From Ranitomeya imitator (taxonomy: Eukaryota): 64,000 bases of DNA. The notes under the pieces were generated by a model. The model was not told the DNA's origin, searched no databases, and saw only the letters and a program-made list of their open reading frames with translations. A program made the position numbers and the translations under genes. The DNA lies in the NCBI RefSeq assembly GCF_032444005.1, contig NC_091284.1, positions 94,240,001 through 94,304,000 on the forward strand, written 5' to 3'. Of the stretch, positions 12,527 to 23,159 are shown piece after piece (the first letter of the stretch is position 1; every line of letters starts with the position of its first letter).

Positions 12527-14388
12527 TAACCCTAACCCTAGTTCTTACCCCAACCTTAGTGGGTAAATTCTTTATTTTATTATTGTCCCTACCTATGGGG
12601 GTGACAAATGGGAGGGGGGTCATTTAGTATTTTTTTTATTTTGATCACTGTGATAAAACCTATCACAGTGATCAAAATGCACCTGAAACGAATCTGCCGG
12701 CCGGCAGATTCGGCGGGCGCACTGCGCATGCGCCTGCCATTTTGGAAGATGGCGGCGCCCATGGAGAAGACGGACGGACCCCGGGAGGCTCGGTAAGTAT
12801 GATGGGGTGGGGGGAGAGCACGGGGGGGTGGATCGGAGCACGGGGGAGGGTGGATTGGAGCACGGGGGAGGGTGGATTGGAGCACGGGGGAGGGTGGATT
12901 GGAGTGCAGGGGGCTTGATTGGAGCACAGGGGTGAGATTGGAGCACAGGGGGAGCAGACAGGAGGACGGAGGGGAGTGGAGCAGTGTACAGGACTGATCG
13001 GAGGACTGGGGGGGAGGTTGGGGGAAAAAAAAGACCAGTGTTTCCAGCCATGGCCGATGATATTGCAGTATCAGCCATGGCTGGATTGTAATATTTCACC
13101 AGTTTTAATAGGTGAAATATTACAAATCGCTCTGATTGGCTGTTGAAAGTGAAACTGCAAATCAGAGCGATCGTAGCCACGGGGGGTGGAGTGGGGGTGA
13201 AGCCACAACCCTCTCCCCCCCGTGGCTATATTGTAGCAATTTCTCGGATGGGTTATTTCTGTTTTCGCAGCTTAAGGATGGCTTGTCTCACCTGCATGGA
13301 GAGCTCCTTTGACCGCATGTTTACTTCACAGCAAAACCTTCCAAATGCAAGCACCACACCTCAAATCAACTCCAGGCCTTTTATCTGCTTAATTGAGAAT
13401 GACAAAGGGATTGTCCACACCTGTCCATGAAATAGCCTTGGAGTCAATTGTCCAATTACTTTTGGTCCCTTTAAAAACAGGGTGGCACATGTTAAGGAGC
13501 TGAAACTCCTAAACCCTTCATCCAATTTTAATGTGGATACCCTCAAACGAAAGCTGAAAGTCTGAACGTCAACTGCATCTGATTTGTTTTGTTTAAAATT
13601 CATTGTGGTAATGTCTATAACCAAAATTAGAAAAATGTTGTCTGTCCAAATATATATGGCCCTAACTGTATTGCTGTGCTGAAAAGGAAAAAAAAAAAAT
13701 CACCATCAAAATGGCCCCATCGGCTGCACCCGCGCATTAGCATCTATCGCGTACTGATAGACACTACTACACAAGCGCCTCCACCCGCCTCTTGTTGCTG
13801 CAGCCAAAAAAATTTACACTACAACAAAATGGCGACGGAGGAGGCACATGCACAGTAGCATCTATTGTAATGCGATAAATGCTAATGCGCAGGCGCAGCT
13901 AACGACGCCATTTTGATGGTGATTTTTGTTTTTCAGCACATTTATTTATTCCAAAGGGTGTGCAATATTAAGTTTAGGGTGCCAACAATTTTATACGGCC
14001 CATTTTTGGGGTTGTGTGTGAAATTACGGTATGTCCAATTTGCCTTATTTTCCTGTTTGTGTTGTTCCGATTATTTCAATACAAAGTATTTTATCAGCAG
14101 GAGATTATAACTGCACAGATTGGTCCCTGTGGGAGACCTGGTCCAACCCTATCCCCAGCATTAGTAGTTTACAGTCAGTAGAAAATGTACACAGAAGGTT
14201 GTGGTGTGGTGTTGGCAGGGGAAGCTTTCTGAGCTCTGCTACATGCTGTATCTAACCCTCTGATTGTGTCAAACTGCTGCACCTAGTAATCTAAGTGATA
14301 CAACACTGGAATCAGGGTCTCTTTTCCTACATAACGCTGCTCTCAGATGAGGTAGCAAAACCACAACCCAGGTGTATGCAGAGACTAA

Positions 14389-14878
14389 AGGTACCTTTAC
14401 ACTAAACGATTTACCAACAATCATGACCAGCGATACGACCTGGCCGTGATCGTTGGTAAGTCGTTGTGTGGTTGCTGGGGAGCTGTCACACAGACCGCTC
14501 TCTCCAGCGACCAACGATCAGGGGAACAACCGGCATCGTTGAAACTGTCTTCAACGATGCCGAAGTCCCCGGGTAACCAGGGTAAACATCGGGTTAGTAA
14601 GTGCAGGGCTGCGCTTAGTAACCCGATATTTACCCTGGTTACCATTGTTAAAGTAAAAAAAAAAACAAAACACTATCACACACGCTGATCCAGCGATGAC
14701 AGCGGGTGCTCAGCGACCAAAAAATGGTCCTGATCATTCCCCAACGACCAACGATCTCCCAGCAGGGGCCTGATCGTTGGTCGCTGTCACACATAACGAG
14801 ATAGTTAGCAGGATCGTTGCTACGTCACCAAAAGTGTGACGTTCCAACGATATCGTTAACGAAATCGTTATGTGTGAA
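14389..14878. mobile_element. PIF/Harbinger-type MITE (GGTACC family), right end eroded
   Basis: TAA|AGGTACCTTTACACT start; internal hairpin GGTAACCAGGGTAAACATCGGGT shared with 57569-58103. Confidence 0.75.
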
Positions 14879-16539
14879 TTTCCTGCCTGCATAAATGGGA
14901 GCTAACAACGCAAACCTTTACCTCCTACACATTTAAACAAAGGTGATTGTTTTTTTTTTTTGTTGTTGTTTTTTTAAGAACTGTATATTTTAGCAATGCA
15001 CCTTAAAACATACAAAAACAAAATATAAGTCTACAGAAATAAGTAACAAAACATTTTATGAAAACAAATGAAGATAGTAAAAGCCTCAATAATAAGAGCA
15101 CAGGAAAGATTGCGGATTACAGAGCAGCGGTCAGATCTCCGCACAATTTTTAATCACCGATTGTGCGCGGCGTTCGCTTACTTAATCCTTAAAACCTTTC
15201 CCCTTTCTCCGCATAATCTAGTTAAAACTTTCTCATCCTCTGCACTCGCCTCCCCCGACCACCTGTCTGGTCTTCCCTAATATTACCAGGCAGTGCAGCA
15301 GATGGTCGAAGACAATACAAAACCGTTTGCTATTCACAAATGGTGAAATAATTCACAGCATGTGACAGGTAGGTTCTATGAGCGGTGCCGTTCCTTTTCT
15401 ATTCCTACTGGAAGTGTAGGAATAAACTGGCAACTGGGTGTGTCCATACATAGATGTGTCCGTACGCAACCTAACAATGCTCAATGAGAGCTGACCGTGT
15501 CTGACACAGGGGCGACATACCAAGGTGATACCTGTACAGCCACCAAAAGGTTAGGGGGCCACTATCTCCTTCAGAGCAGGTGGAACTGGAAACCATGATA
15601 AGCTACTGGGCTGCAAAGACCCCATATACTGCTCTTGCCCACGGACTCTTCTCTGTGTCCGCCATCTTACAGAAAAGAGGAAGAGTAATAGCTAGAGGGG
15701 AGGGAATCTATTCAGAACTACAAAATATATTATATATACACGCAACATTTCTACAGATCCGTTCACCTGGAATAAGGGCATTACTATACCGCCATCATGC
15801 AGCGCCAGCATCTATTCCGAGCAGAAGGAGCAAATATAAAGGTGAGATGTCAGCTCTTTCCTGGCACACTGCATCATGTTATTCACCTCCCACACAAACT
15901 TCTAGTTTTAGGTGATCTACCCTTTGGAAAGCGCTGATTACGGTACATAAAAACATCACGTTCTGTTGTATAAATGTATTTTTCACAGCTGATAATTGTA
16001 CACAGAGGACACATTCTTTGTTAAAAAAAAAAAGGATACAAGATTACATAAACCCCTGAACCCCTGCAAGACACATATTTTGGCCTTGAGGAAAACGGTG
16101 TTTTGTTTTTTTTCATTTTGCAGAACTTTTTTGGACACTAGACGGCTTGTTATTTAGAAGATAAAATTAAAAGGACACCATTCAGAAATGGTTTATCCTA
16201 CAGGTTTTTTGTTTCCCTGCACATGGCTGGCTGAAGGAGGCTGCACCCCTTTACCCCACAAGGTGGTTTGCACGTTAATGACCAGGCCAATTTTTACAAC
16301 TTCTGACCAGTGTCACAATTCTAGAAAGCCTCAACGGATCTCAGTGATTCATGACATATTGTACTTCATGATAGAGGCAACAATTCTTCAATAACTTCTC
16401 TTTATTTGTGAGAAGAAGAAAAAAGCAAACAAACGGAAATTTGGCAAAAATTTGGAAAATTTTGCAATTTTTAAACTTTGAATTCTTATGGCCTTAAAGT
16501 CAGAGAAATATGTCATGCAAAATAGTTAATAAATAACAT

Positions 16540-17456
16540 CAAATAAGAACAAAAGGATGCTTTAATGCCAATAAAAACAATTATATTTTATTAATCACAG
16601 AAAGATAAAAACCCAAACAAAAAATAAATATCAATCAGTGGAAATACATATGACAGAATATACTGTTTGCAAAAGGAAATACACCACAAAAAAAAAAACT
16701 ATAAATAGTCAAGTGATCCAAAAATGCATTAAAAAGGTGGCGATGTCTCTTTAAGCTACCTTACAAAGCCCAGCCTTATAAATATATAGTCAGTTTAAGA
16801 GCCAATACATACCATGCAAACAGAGGAGCTAATACAATAGGCACGTATATAGTGCATACTCCAAGTATACATATAGTTATGCAATAAAACAATATGCCAC
16901 AGTGGACAGAGGAATATATAAAGCTACAATGTTTTTGAGACAAGGAAAAGGCTAAACCGCTAAGTGTTAATGTGCCAAAGCACCTTAATATGGCTACTAA
17001 AGTCTTAGCAACAATGTATATGAGGATAATCCCCCTGGATGAAGCATTACGTGAAACGCGCGTCGGGGACCTTTTACTGCGCTGCGTTTCCCAGGTAATA
17101 CACCCATACCTTCCTATATGCCTTTTAGTATGCACTATATGCAACTTTTTCTGTGCTGCACACTGTGTGGGTTATTCTCCATAGGATTATAGTGTTCTCA
17201 CCACGTACTATAGGCACCTTTTGCCATATATTATATTACTGTGTGGACCTTCTTTCCTCTGGGCTATGGCTCATATACATTGTTGCTAAGACTTTAGTAT
17301 GTATTTCCACTGATTGATATTTATTTTTTGTTAGGCTTTTATCTTTCTGTGATTAATACCAATAAAAACAATTATATTTTATTAAAGCTTCCTTTGTTCT
17401 TATTTGATGTTATTTGTATTTGGAAGTGCTTTCGAGTTAGGCTTATATTAGTATGG
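16540..17456 (+). mobile_element. Penelope-type pseudo-LTR fragment with inverted arms
   Basis: 16-bp direct duplication AGTTAATAAATAACAT at 16524-39 and 17457-72; inverted arms 16531-16650 / 17298-17415; hammerhead-like motif at 17030. Confidence 0.6.
17030..17069 (+). ncRNA. Hammerhead-like motif with an extra G in the core (CUGGAUGA)
   Basis: TCCCC-CTGGATGA-a-GC(ATTAC)GT-GAAA-CGCGCG-TC-GGGGA: 5-bp stem I, palindromic stem III, GUC site. Confidence 0.5.
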
Positions 17457-18619
17457 AGTTAATAAATAACATTTACCACATGTATACTTTACATCAGCAC
17501 AATCTTAAACAACTTTTTTTTTTTAGGAAGTTAGAAGGGTTAAAAGCTGACCAGCATTTTTTTTATTTTTTCAAAATTTATAAAACCATTTTTATTTTTT
17601 TTTAAAGGAACCACCTGACAGAGAATACCCAAAAGCGATACTAATCTAAAAACTGCACCCCTCAAGGTACTCAAAGCCACATTCAATAAGTTTATTAACC
17701 CTTCAGGTGCTTTCACATGAATTTTTGTAATGTGTAAAAAATAAGTACGAACATTTAACTTTTTTCATAAATAATTAAAGTTTTGAACCCATTTTTTTTT
17801 ATATTCACAAGGGTAACAGGAAAAATTGGACTCCAAATCTTGTTGTGCAATTTCTCCTGAGCATGCAGATATCCCATATGTGGGGGTAAACCACTGTTTG
17901 GGCGCACGGCAGAGCTCGGAAGGGAAGGAGCGTCGTTTGACTTTTTGAATGCAAAATTTGGCAAAACAATTAGCGGACGCCATGTCCCGTTTGGAGAGCT
18001 CCTGATGTGCCTAAACAATAAAAAATCCCCCACAAGTGACACCATTTTGGAAACTAGACCCCTCGGGGAACTTATCTAGATATATGGTGAGCACATTAAA
18101 CCCCCAGGTGCTTCAGATAAGTTTATATCATTGAGCTGTGAAAAAAATATTTAAAAAAAATAAACAAACCAACCACATTTTCCACACAAAAAGGTTTCTT
18201 TTTACCCCAAATTTAGCATATTTATAAGGATAACAGGAGAGATTGAACCATACAATTTGTTGTGCAATTTCTCCCCATATGTGGGGAGAATACTACCTTT
18301 GAGGCACAGTGCAAAGTTCGGAAGGGAAAACGCGCCATATAGGAGTTCAGATTTTGCTTAGATTGTCTGAGGGTACCATGTCACATTGGCAGAGCCCCTG
18401 AGGTGCCAGAACAGAAACTCCCCATACGTGAACTCCTTTTACAAACTACACCCCAACCCCCCAAAAAATTTATCTAGGGGTGCAGCGATCATATTGACAG
18501 CACATGTGCCTCACAGAATTTATACCATTTTATCCCATTGAGTGGTGAAAAAATAATTAATCTAATTTTTACCACTAAATGTTGTTTTAGCCCCAAATAT
18601 TTCATTTTTCTGAGAACCA

Positions 18620-19669
18620 CCGTATATACTCGAGTATAAGCCGAGATTTTCAGCCCATTTTTTTGGGCTGAAAGTCCCCCTCTCGGCTTATACTTGAGTC
18701 ATATACCGGGAGGTCAGCAGGGGAGAGGGAGCGGGGGCTGCGTAATTATACTTACCTGCTCCCGGCGCGGTCCCTGCAGTCCCTGGCGCTGCAGATTCTC
18801 CCTGTACTGAGTAGTCACATGGCACCGCTCATTACAGAAATGAATATGCGGCTCCACCTCCCATAGGGGTGGAGCCACATATTCATTGCTGTAAATGAGC
18901 GGTAACGGTGACCGCTCAATACAGGAAGGAGATGCAGCGCCGGGGAAGCCAGGGACCGCGCCGGGAGCAGGTAAGTATACGGGGAGCGCAGCGCTGCGCG
19001 ATATTTACCTGCTCCTCGCTCCGGTGCGGCTCCGTCTGCAGCGTCTCCTGGCAGTGACGCTCAGGTTAGAGGGTGCGGTGACGTAGTCAGTGCGCGCCCT
19101 CTGCTGAGCGTCAGTGCTGGAGACGGAGACGCACGAGGAGCAGGTAAATATTGAAAGCGCCGGAGTCCTGAGCGAAGAGAGGTGAGTAGGTGATTTTTTT
19201 TTTTTTTTTATTGCAGCAGCAGCATTATATATGGCAAAGCTTTATATGGAGCATCTATGGGGCCATAATCAACGGTGCAGAGCATTATATATGGCACAGC
19301 TTTCTATGGAGAGTCTATGGGGCCATAATCAATGGTGCAGAGCATTATATATGGCACAGCTTTCTATGGCACATCTATGGGGCCATAATGAACGGTGCAG
19401 AGCATTATATATGGCACAGCTTTATATGGAGCATCTATGGGGCCATAATGAACGGTGCAGAGCATTATATGGGCACAGCTTTATATGGAGCATCTTATGG
19501 GGCAATAATATAATGAACAGTATGGAGCATCTACTTTTATTTTTGAAATTCACCGGTAGCTGCTGCATTTCCTACCCTAGGCTTATACTAGAGTCAATAA
19601 GTTTTCCCAGTTTTTTGTGGCAAAATTAGGGGGGGGGGGGGGGGTCGGCTTATACTCGAGTATATACGG
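18620..19669. mobile_element. Tc2/pogo-like non-autonomous DNA transposon
   Basis: TIR CCGTATATACTCGAGTATAAGCCGA at both ends; right flank TA (19670-71), left flank CA. Confidence 0.8.
19218..19500. repeat. 60-bp tandem repeat, about 4.5 copies, inside the MITE
   Basis: GCAGAGCATTATATATGGCACAGCTTT(A/C)TATGG...GGGGCCATAAT(C/G)AACGGT unit. Confidence 0.9.
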
Positions 19670-20097
19670 TAATAGGACATTTTTTGTTTAAGTGACTCCA
19701 TTTTGCCTTTTTAATTTTTTATGGTGCTCACTAAAGGGATAAACTAGTGGGACAGTTTTATAGGTCGGGCCGTTCCGGATGCAGCGATATGAAATGTGTA
19801 CTTTTATTGTTTATATTTTTTTCATAAATATTTATGGGTACAATATATTGTTTTCTTTTTTTTTTCCTTATTATTTCTACACTTTTTTTAACTTTTTTTT
19901 TTTTTTTTTACACTTTGTCCCACTATGGGAATATCATTTTTTGCACTACTGAAATTGTGGGCCCCGCACCAAGCAAACAACACCTTCCTAGGACCTCTAT
20001 ATCCCTTGCTCAGGCCTTATTAAGTGACTATTTGCTAAAGGGATCCTTCCTCCTGCCCTACCTCCGTCACCTTTATTTATCTGATCAGGAACCAAGC

Positions 20098-20139
20098 AAC
20101 CCCATGAATAAGACCCAGGAAAGTCGAAACGTTGGGTTT
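20098..20139 (+). ncRNA. Minimal type I hammerhead ribozyme, A3-U8 core variant, in a Penelope-type remnant
   Basis: AACCCC-ATGAATA-a-GAC(CCAGGAAA)GTC-GAAA-CG-TT-GGGTTT: stems I and II pair, stem III palindrome AACGTT, GUU site; followed by an AATAAA-containing tail. Confidence 0.65.
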
Positions 20140-20312
20140 CTGTCTACACGGACCTTTTGGTGGCAACTTTGTTTGTTAACACAATAAACTCATGTTATAA
20201 TTTTTTGCATCATACCAATTCTTAGTGTGCGGTAATTTTCTGGTATATGACTATTTGGACCACATGGTCTGTTTTGCCAGCACCTCCTCGTTTTTGACCT
20301 GAGTGCACACCA

Positions 20313-21480
20313 TTACGCTCCTACATTTTCCTCCAGTATACACAACACCTTGTCAAGCATATCCCGCTGTCTGGGGAGCCGTAGCGTCACTGAATCACTC
20401 GCCTCCCCTTCCAGGGCCTCTGCCTGTAGGGCGGGTATCATAGAGTGCATTCTCATCATCCCTTTAATACATTCAGTCCAGCTCCACAACATGGTGTTAC
20501 TCCCATTAAATTTAGGTAGGTTGTTTAACATTGCCCCAGGGAAATGCTGGACCTAGGGCTCTCCCCATATGCTTTGTCTGCCCCCTCCGTGCCAGTAGAC
20601 TGCATCCAGCTGACTACGCCAAGTGTGAGCAGGTAGGAAGATGCAGTAACAGGTCGGAGGCAGAGCAAGTGTTAACGTGGGGTTTAATTTAACAGGTATA
20701 CTCCTCGCAGGGAGAAAACAGATAAAAAAAATATAAAGGAACACAGGGGACGTAACTCAGGGGAAGCGGGTGTGAAGCATAGGGTAGGAAGTTCAAGGAT
20801 AGCAAACTTATCAGTCTGACGACTTCAGAATGCGGTTAGTTCAGGATGTGGACGTTGGCGCCAAAGCAGTGGCGCATAAGGGGTCCAGTATGGTCCTGGA
20901 AAAGATGGTGTCCTGGATCCTGGCAGCGGTGGTGATTCCTCGTGGTCCAGTGTAGTCCTGGAAAAGATGACGTCTTGGCTCTTGGCGGCGACGGTGATTC
21001 CTTGTGATCCAGTCGGTGATCGGTGTGTCAGGAAACGATGAGCTGGACAGAGGACAGTCTTTCCCCCTGTCAGCGTACAGGCACAATGAGCAACTCCATT
21101 CAGGTACAAAGGGAAACCCCTCACAGTGGGTGTCCCAATTCTCCCATCGGTGCGCGCGCAGGCTTATGTCCTGACTGGCCGTCCTGTCACTCACGGTCAG
21201 CGATGTCAGCGGGGACCAGGTACGTCGTCGGCAGTCTCTGTTAACAGCTTTTAGCCTCTGCTGGGTTTTGCCCGCTCTGGCAGTTGGCCCCTCCGCTGAA
21301 GCCCTGACACTGCCCTCCTGCGCAATGCCCGTTCCCACTGCAACTAACTGATTTGCTGCGCGCTGTGGCCCTTTTATCTTAGCCACGCCCCCTACTCCTA
21401 GGTGCAGAGGACGGTCCGGGGCTTTAAGCTTTCCCTCAGAAAACCTGGGTGACAACCCTGACAGTTCCGGATCCGTCACA
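20313..21480 (-). mobile_element. Truncated Gypsy-type LTR retrotransposon (5' LTR, PBS, start of gag)
   Basis: Minus-strand LTR start TGTGACGGATCC at 21480; PBS-like TGGCGCC-AACGT (20852-63) close to the tRNA-Lys(1,2) PBS; gag-like LPKFNGS...W in 20313-20531. Confidence 0.62.
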
Positions 21481-23159
21481 CAGTAGGTTGGCCTGGTCCG
21501 GGTCTTTTCCTTCTACACGTACGAGAACAATAGATGACACTTGAGCAAACTGAACTAACTAATTAAAGTCTGATCAAAATAATCGGGCAGGTGTACCGCT
21601 GGGCTGATCGGGTGTGATTTATCAGGTACTGACCGGTTATGTGACATGATGTTTTGCACTGACAATGATTGTGTTTTGGCATTATCTCATCTAATCAATC
21701 TACTATGTTGGATAATGTTGTTGCACCCTTGGAAATTTGATGATATGATCTGCCCATGTGGTCCACTGTGCCCCTGCATGTTTAACGGAATATATATACG
21801 GGATGTAATTTTTACCTTTGGTCTGTCCTGACTTGTGATTTTGTTAATTACGATTCAATAAAATAAGAACTTTTTATGGCCTTTTTTTTCCGTCTTTTGG
21901 TGGGTTATCCCCCTCTCCCTCTTTAATTGTTGCACCATGTATTGTTTCTACAATACATTTTCTTCAAAAAAATAAGTCTTACGTTAATAAAAGTCTTCAG
22001 GGTGGCAGGTTGCCTCCACAGCATCAGAAGAGCGCAAGGACACTGAAGGTGGCTGATCTATAGCAAAATAGATTGTAAGCGCTGCCCTCATCACCTAGGA
22101 GATCAGCCACTACTGAGACAACAGAAGTGGACCGTGACCTAGCCAAGGAGAGGTACACAATAACATGAAAATTCTTCTACGATCTCAAGATTTTTGATAC
22201 GTACAGTATATTGCACAGCTGCTGGTCTTCAGACACTTCGCAATTATAAAACGCTTTAAAATGTTGAGAAAACCTTTGTAAACTTTTAGAGAATATCCGA
22301 TATAATAAAACCAAGGCAGCAGTAATGTCCAGTCTAAAGGACGTGACCGACACTAGGCTCAGCAGTCAGAACAAGTCAAGTGATTGGCTGCAGTGGTCAA
22401 GTGCTGCAGACAGAATGATCCTGCTGCAGACCGGTGAAGTAGTAGTGGAGTTGCAGCACTGAAGCAACAGTAGGAAAGCAATGTTTGGTGTGTAAATTTA
22501 CAGCTTTCATTCGGATTTTTGAGGAGAGGAAAATTCCTTTAACAAGCTGATAAAAAAAAAACTTTTTTTTTTTTGCAATAAGATTTATAAAAAAAAATAA
22601 AAAACCTAATGGGGAAGAAATAAGAAGCAGTCTATGCTAATATGTATACCTACGTACATTGGTACCGTTTAAGAGCTCTGTGTCTTCACATTGGCAGCAG
22701 AACACTTCAGTCTCATTTTCTTCCAACTGTGAACTCTGTAACGTAAATGGGATAATGTCACTTTTCAGGTGTCTGGTTAAAATGGCAGGAAAGTGGCAAA
22801 GGGAGGCCCAGAAGCAGAGAGCAAAAAGCAAGCGAGTCCCAGGAGCAACCTGGGGCCAGAAGCGCCATTATGCACAAGAGGTGCCTATAGGTGGAAGAGG
22901 TTAGGGGACGACTCGGCTCTGCATTAATATGCCAAACAAGGGGTCTTTTGTTAGAAAAGAAAACCAAGCAGGAGTGTGCAGGAGTGGGGCAGCTTTGTGG
23001 GGGACTAGATGTATCTGAAAAGTTGCATTGTATCCAGCTTTATAAAACCTAGTTACAAAAAGGGTCACGTACTGGTTGGGTGCCCACATGTGCCAGCAAT
23101 GGAGCCTAACCACGTAACAGCCACATATTTCTGATATGCCACACACCTCCATTCAGTGC

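Larger units (their letters stand above)
9597..13228. mobile_element. piggyBac-like non-autonomous element (one end present)
   Basis: Starts TTAA|CCCCTTCATGA inside the Tc1 left TIR. Homologous to the end of the transposase-bearing copy at 52193. Other end not found; right boundary approximate. Confidence 0.75.
9418..13668. mobile_element. Tc1/mariner element with long TIRs, internally deleted and interrupted by a piggyBac-like insertion
   Basis: TA-CAGTTAGGTCCATATATATTTGGACAG at 9416 and the inverse ...GGCCCTAACTG-TA at 13670; ~175 bp of inverted repeat. Confidence 0.88.
16246..19900. mobile_element. Second piggyBac-like non-autonomous copy, interrupted by two insertions
   Basis: CCCCTTTACCCC...TTAATGACCAGGCCAATT end and internal units homologous to 9597-11640; boundaries approximate. 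Confidence 0.65.
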
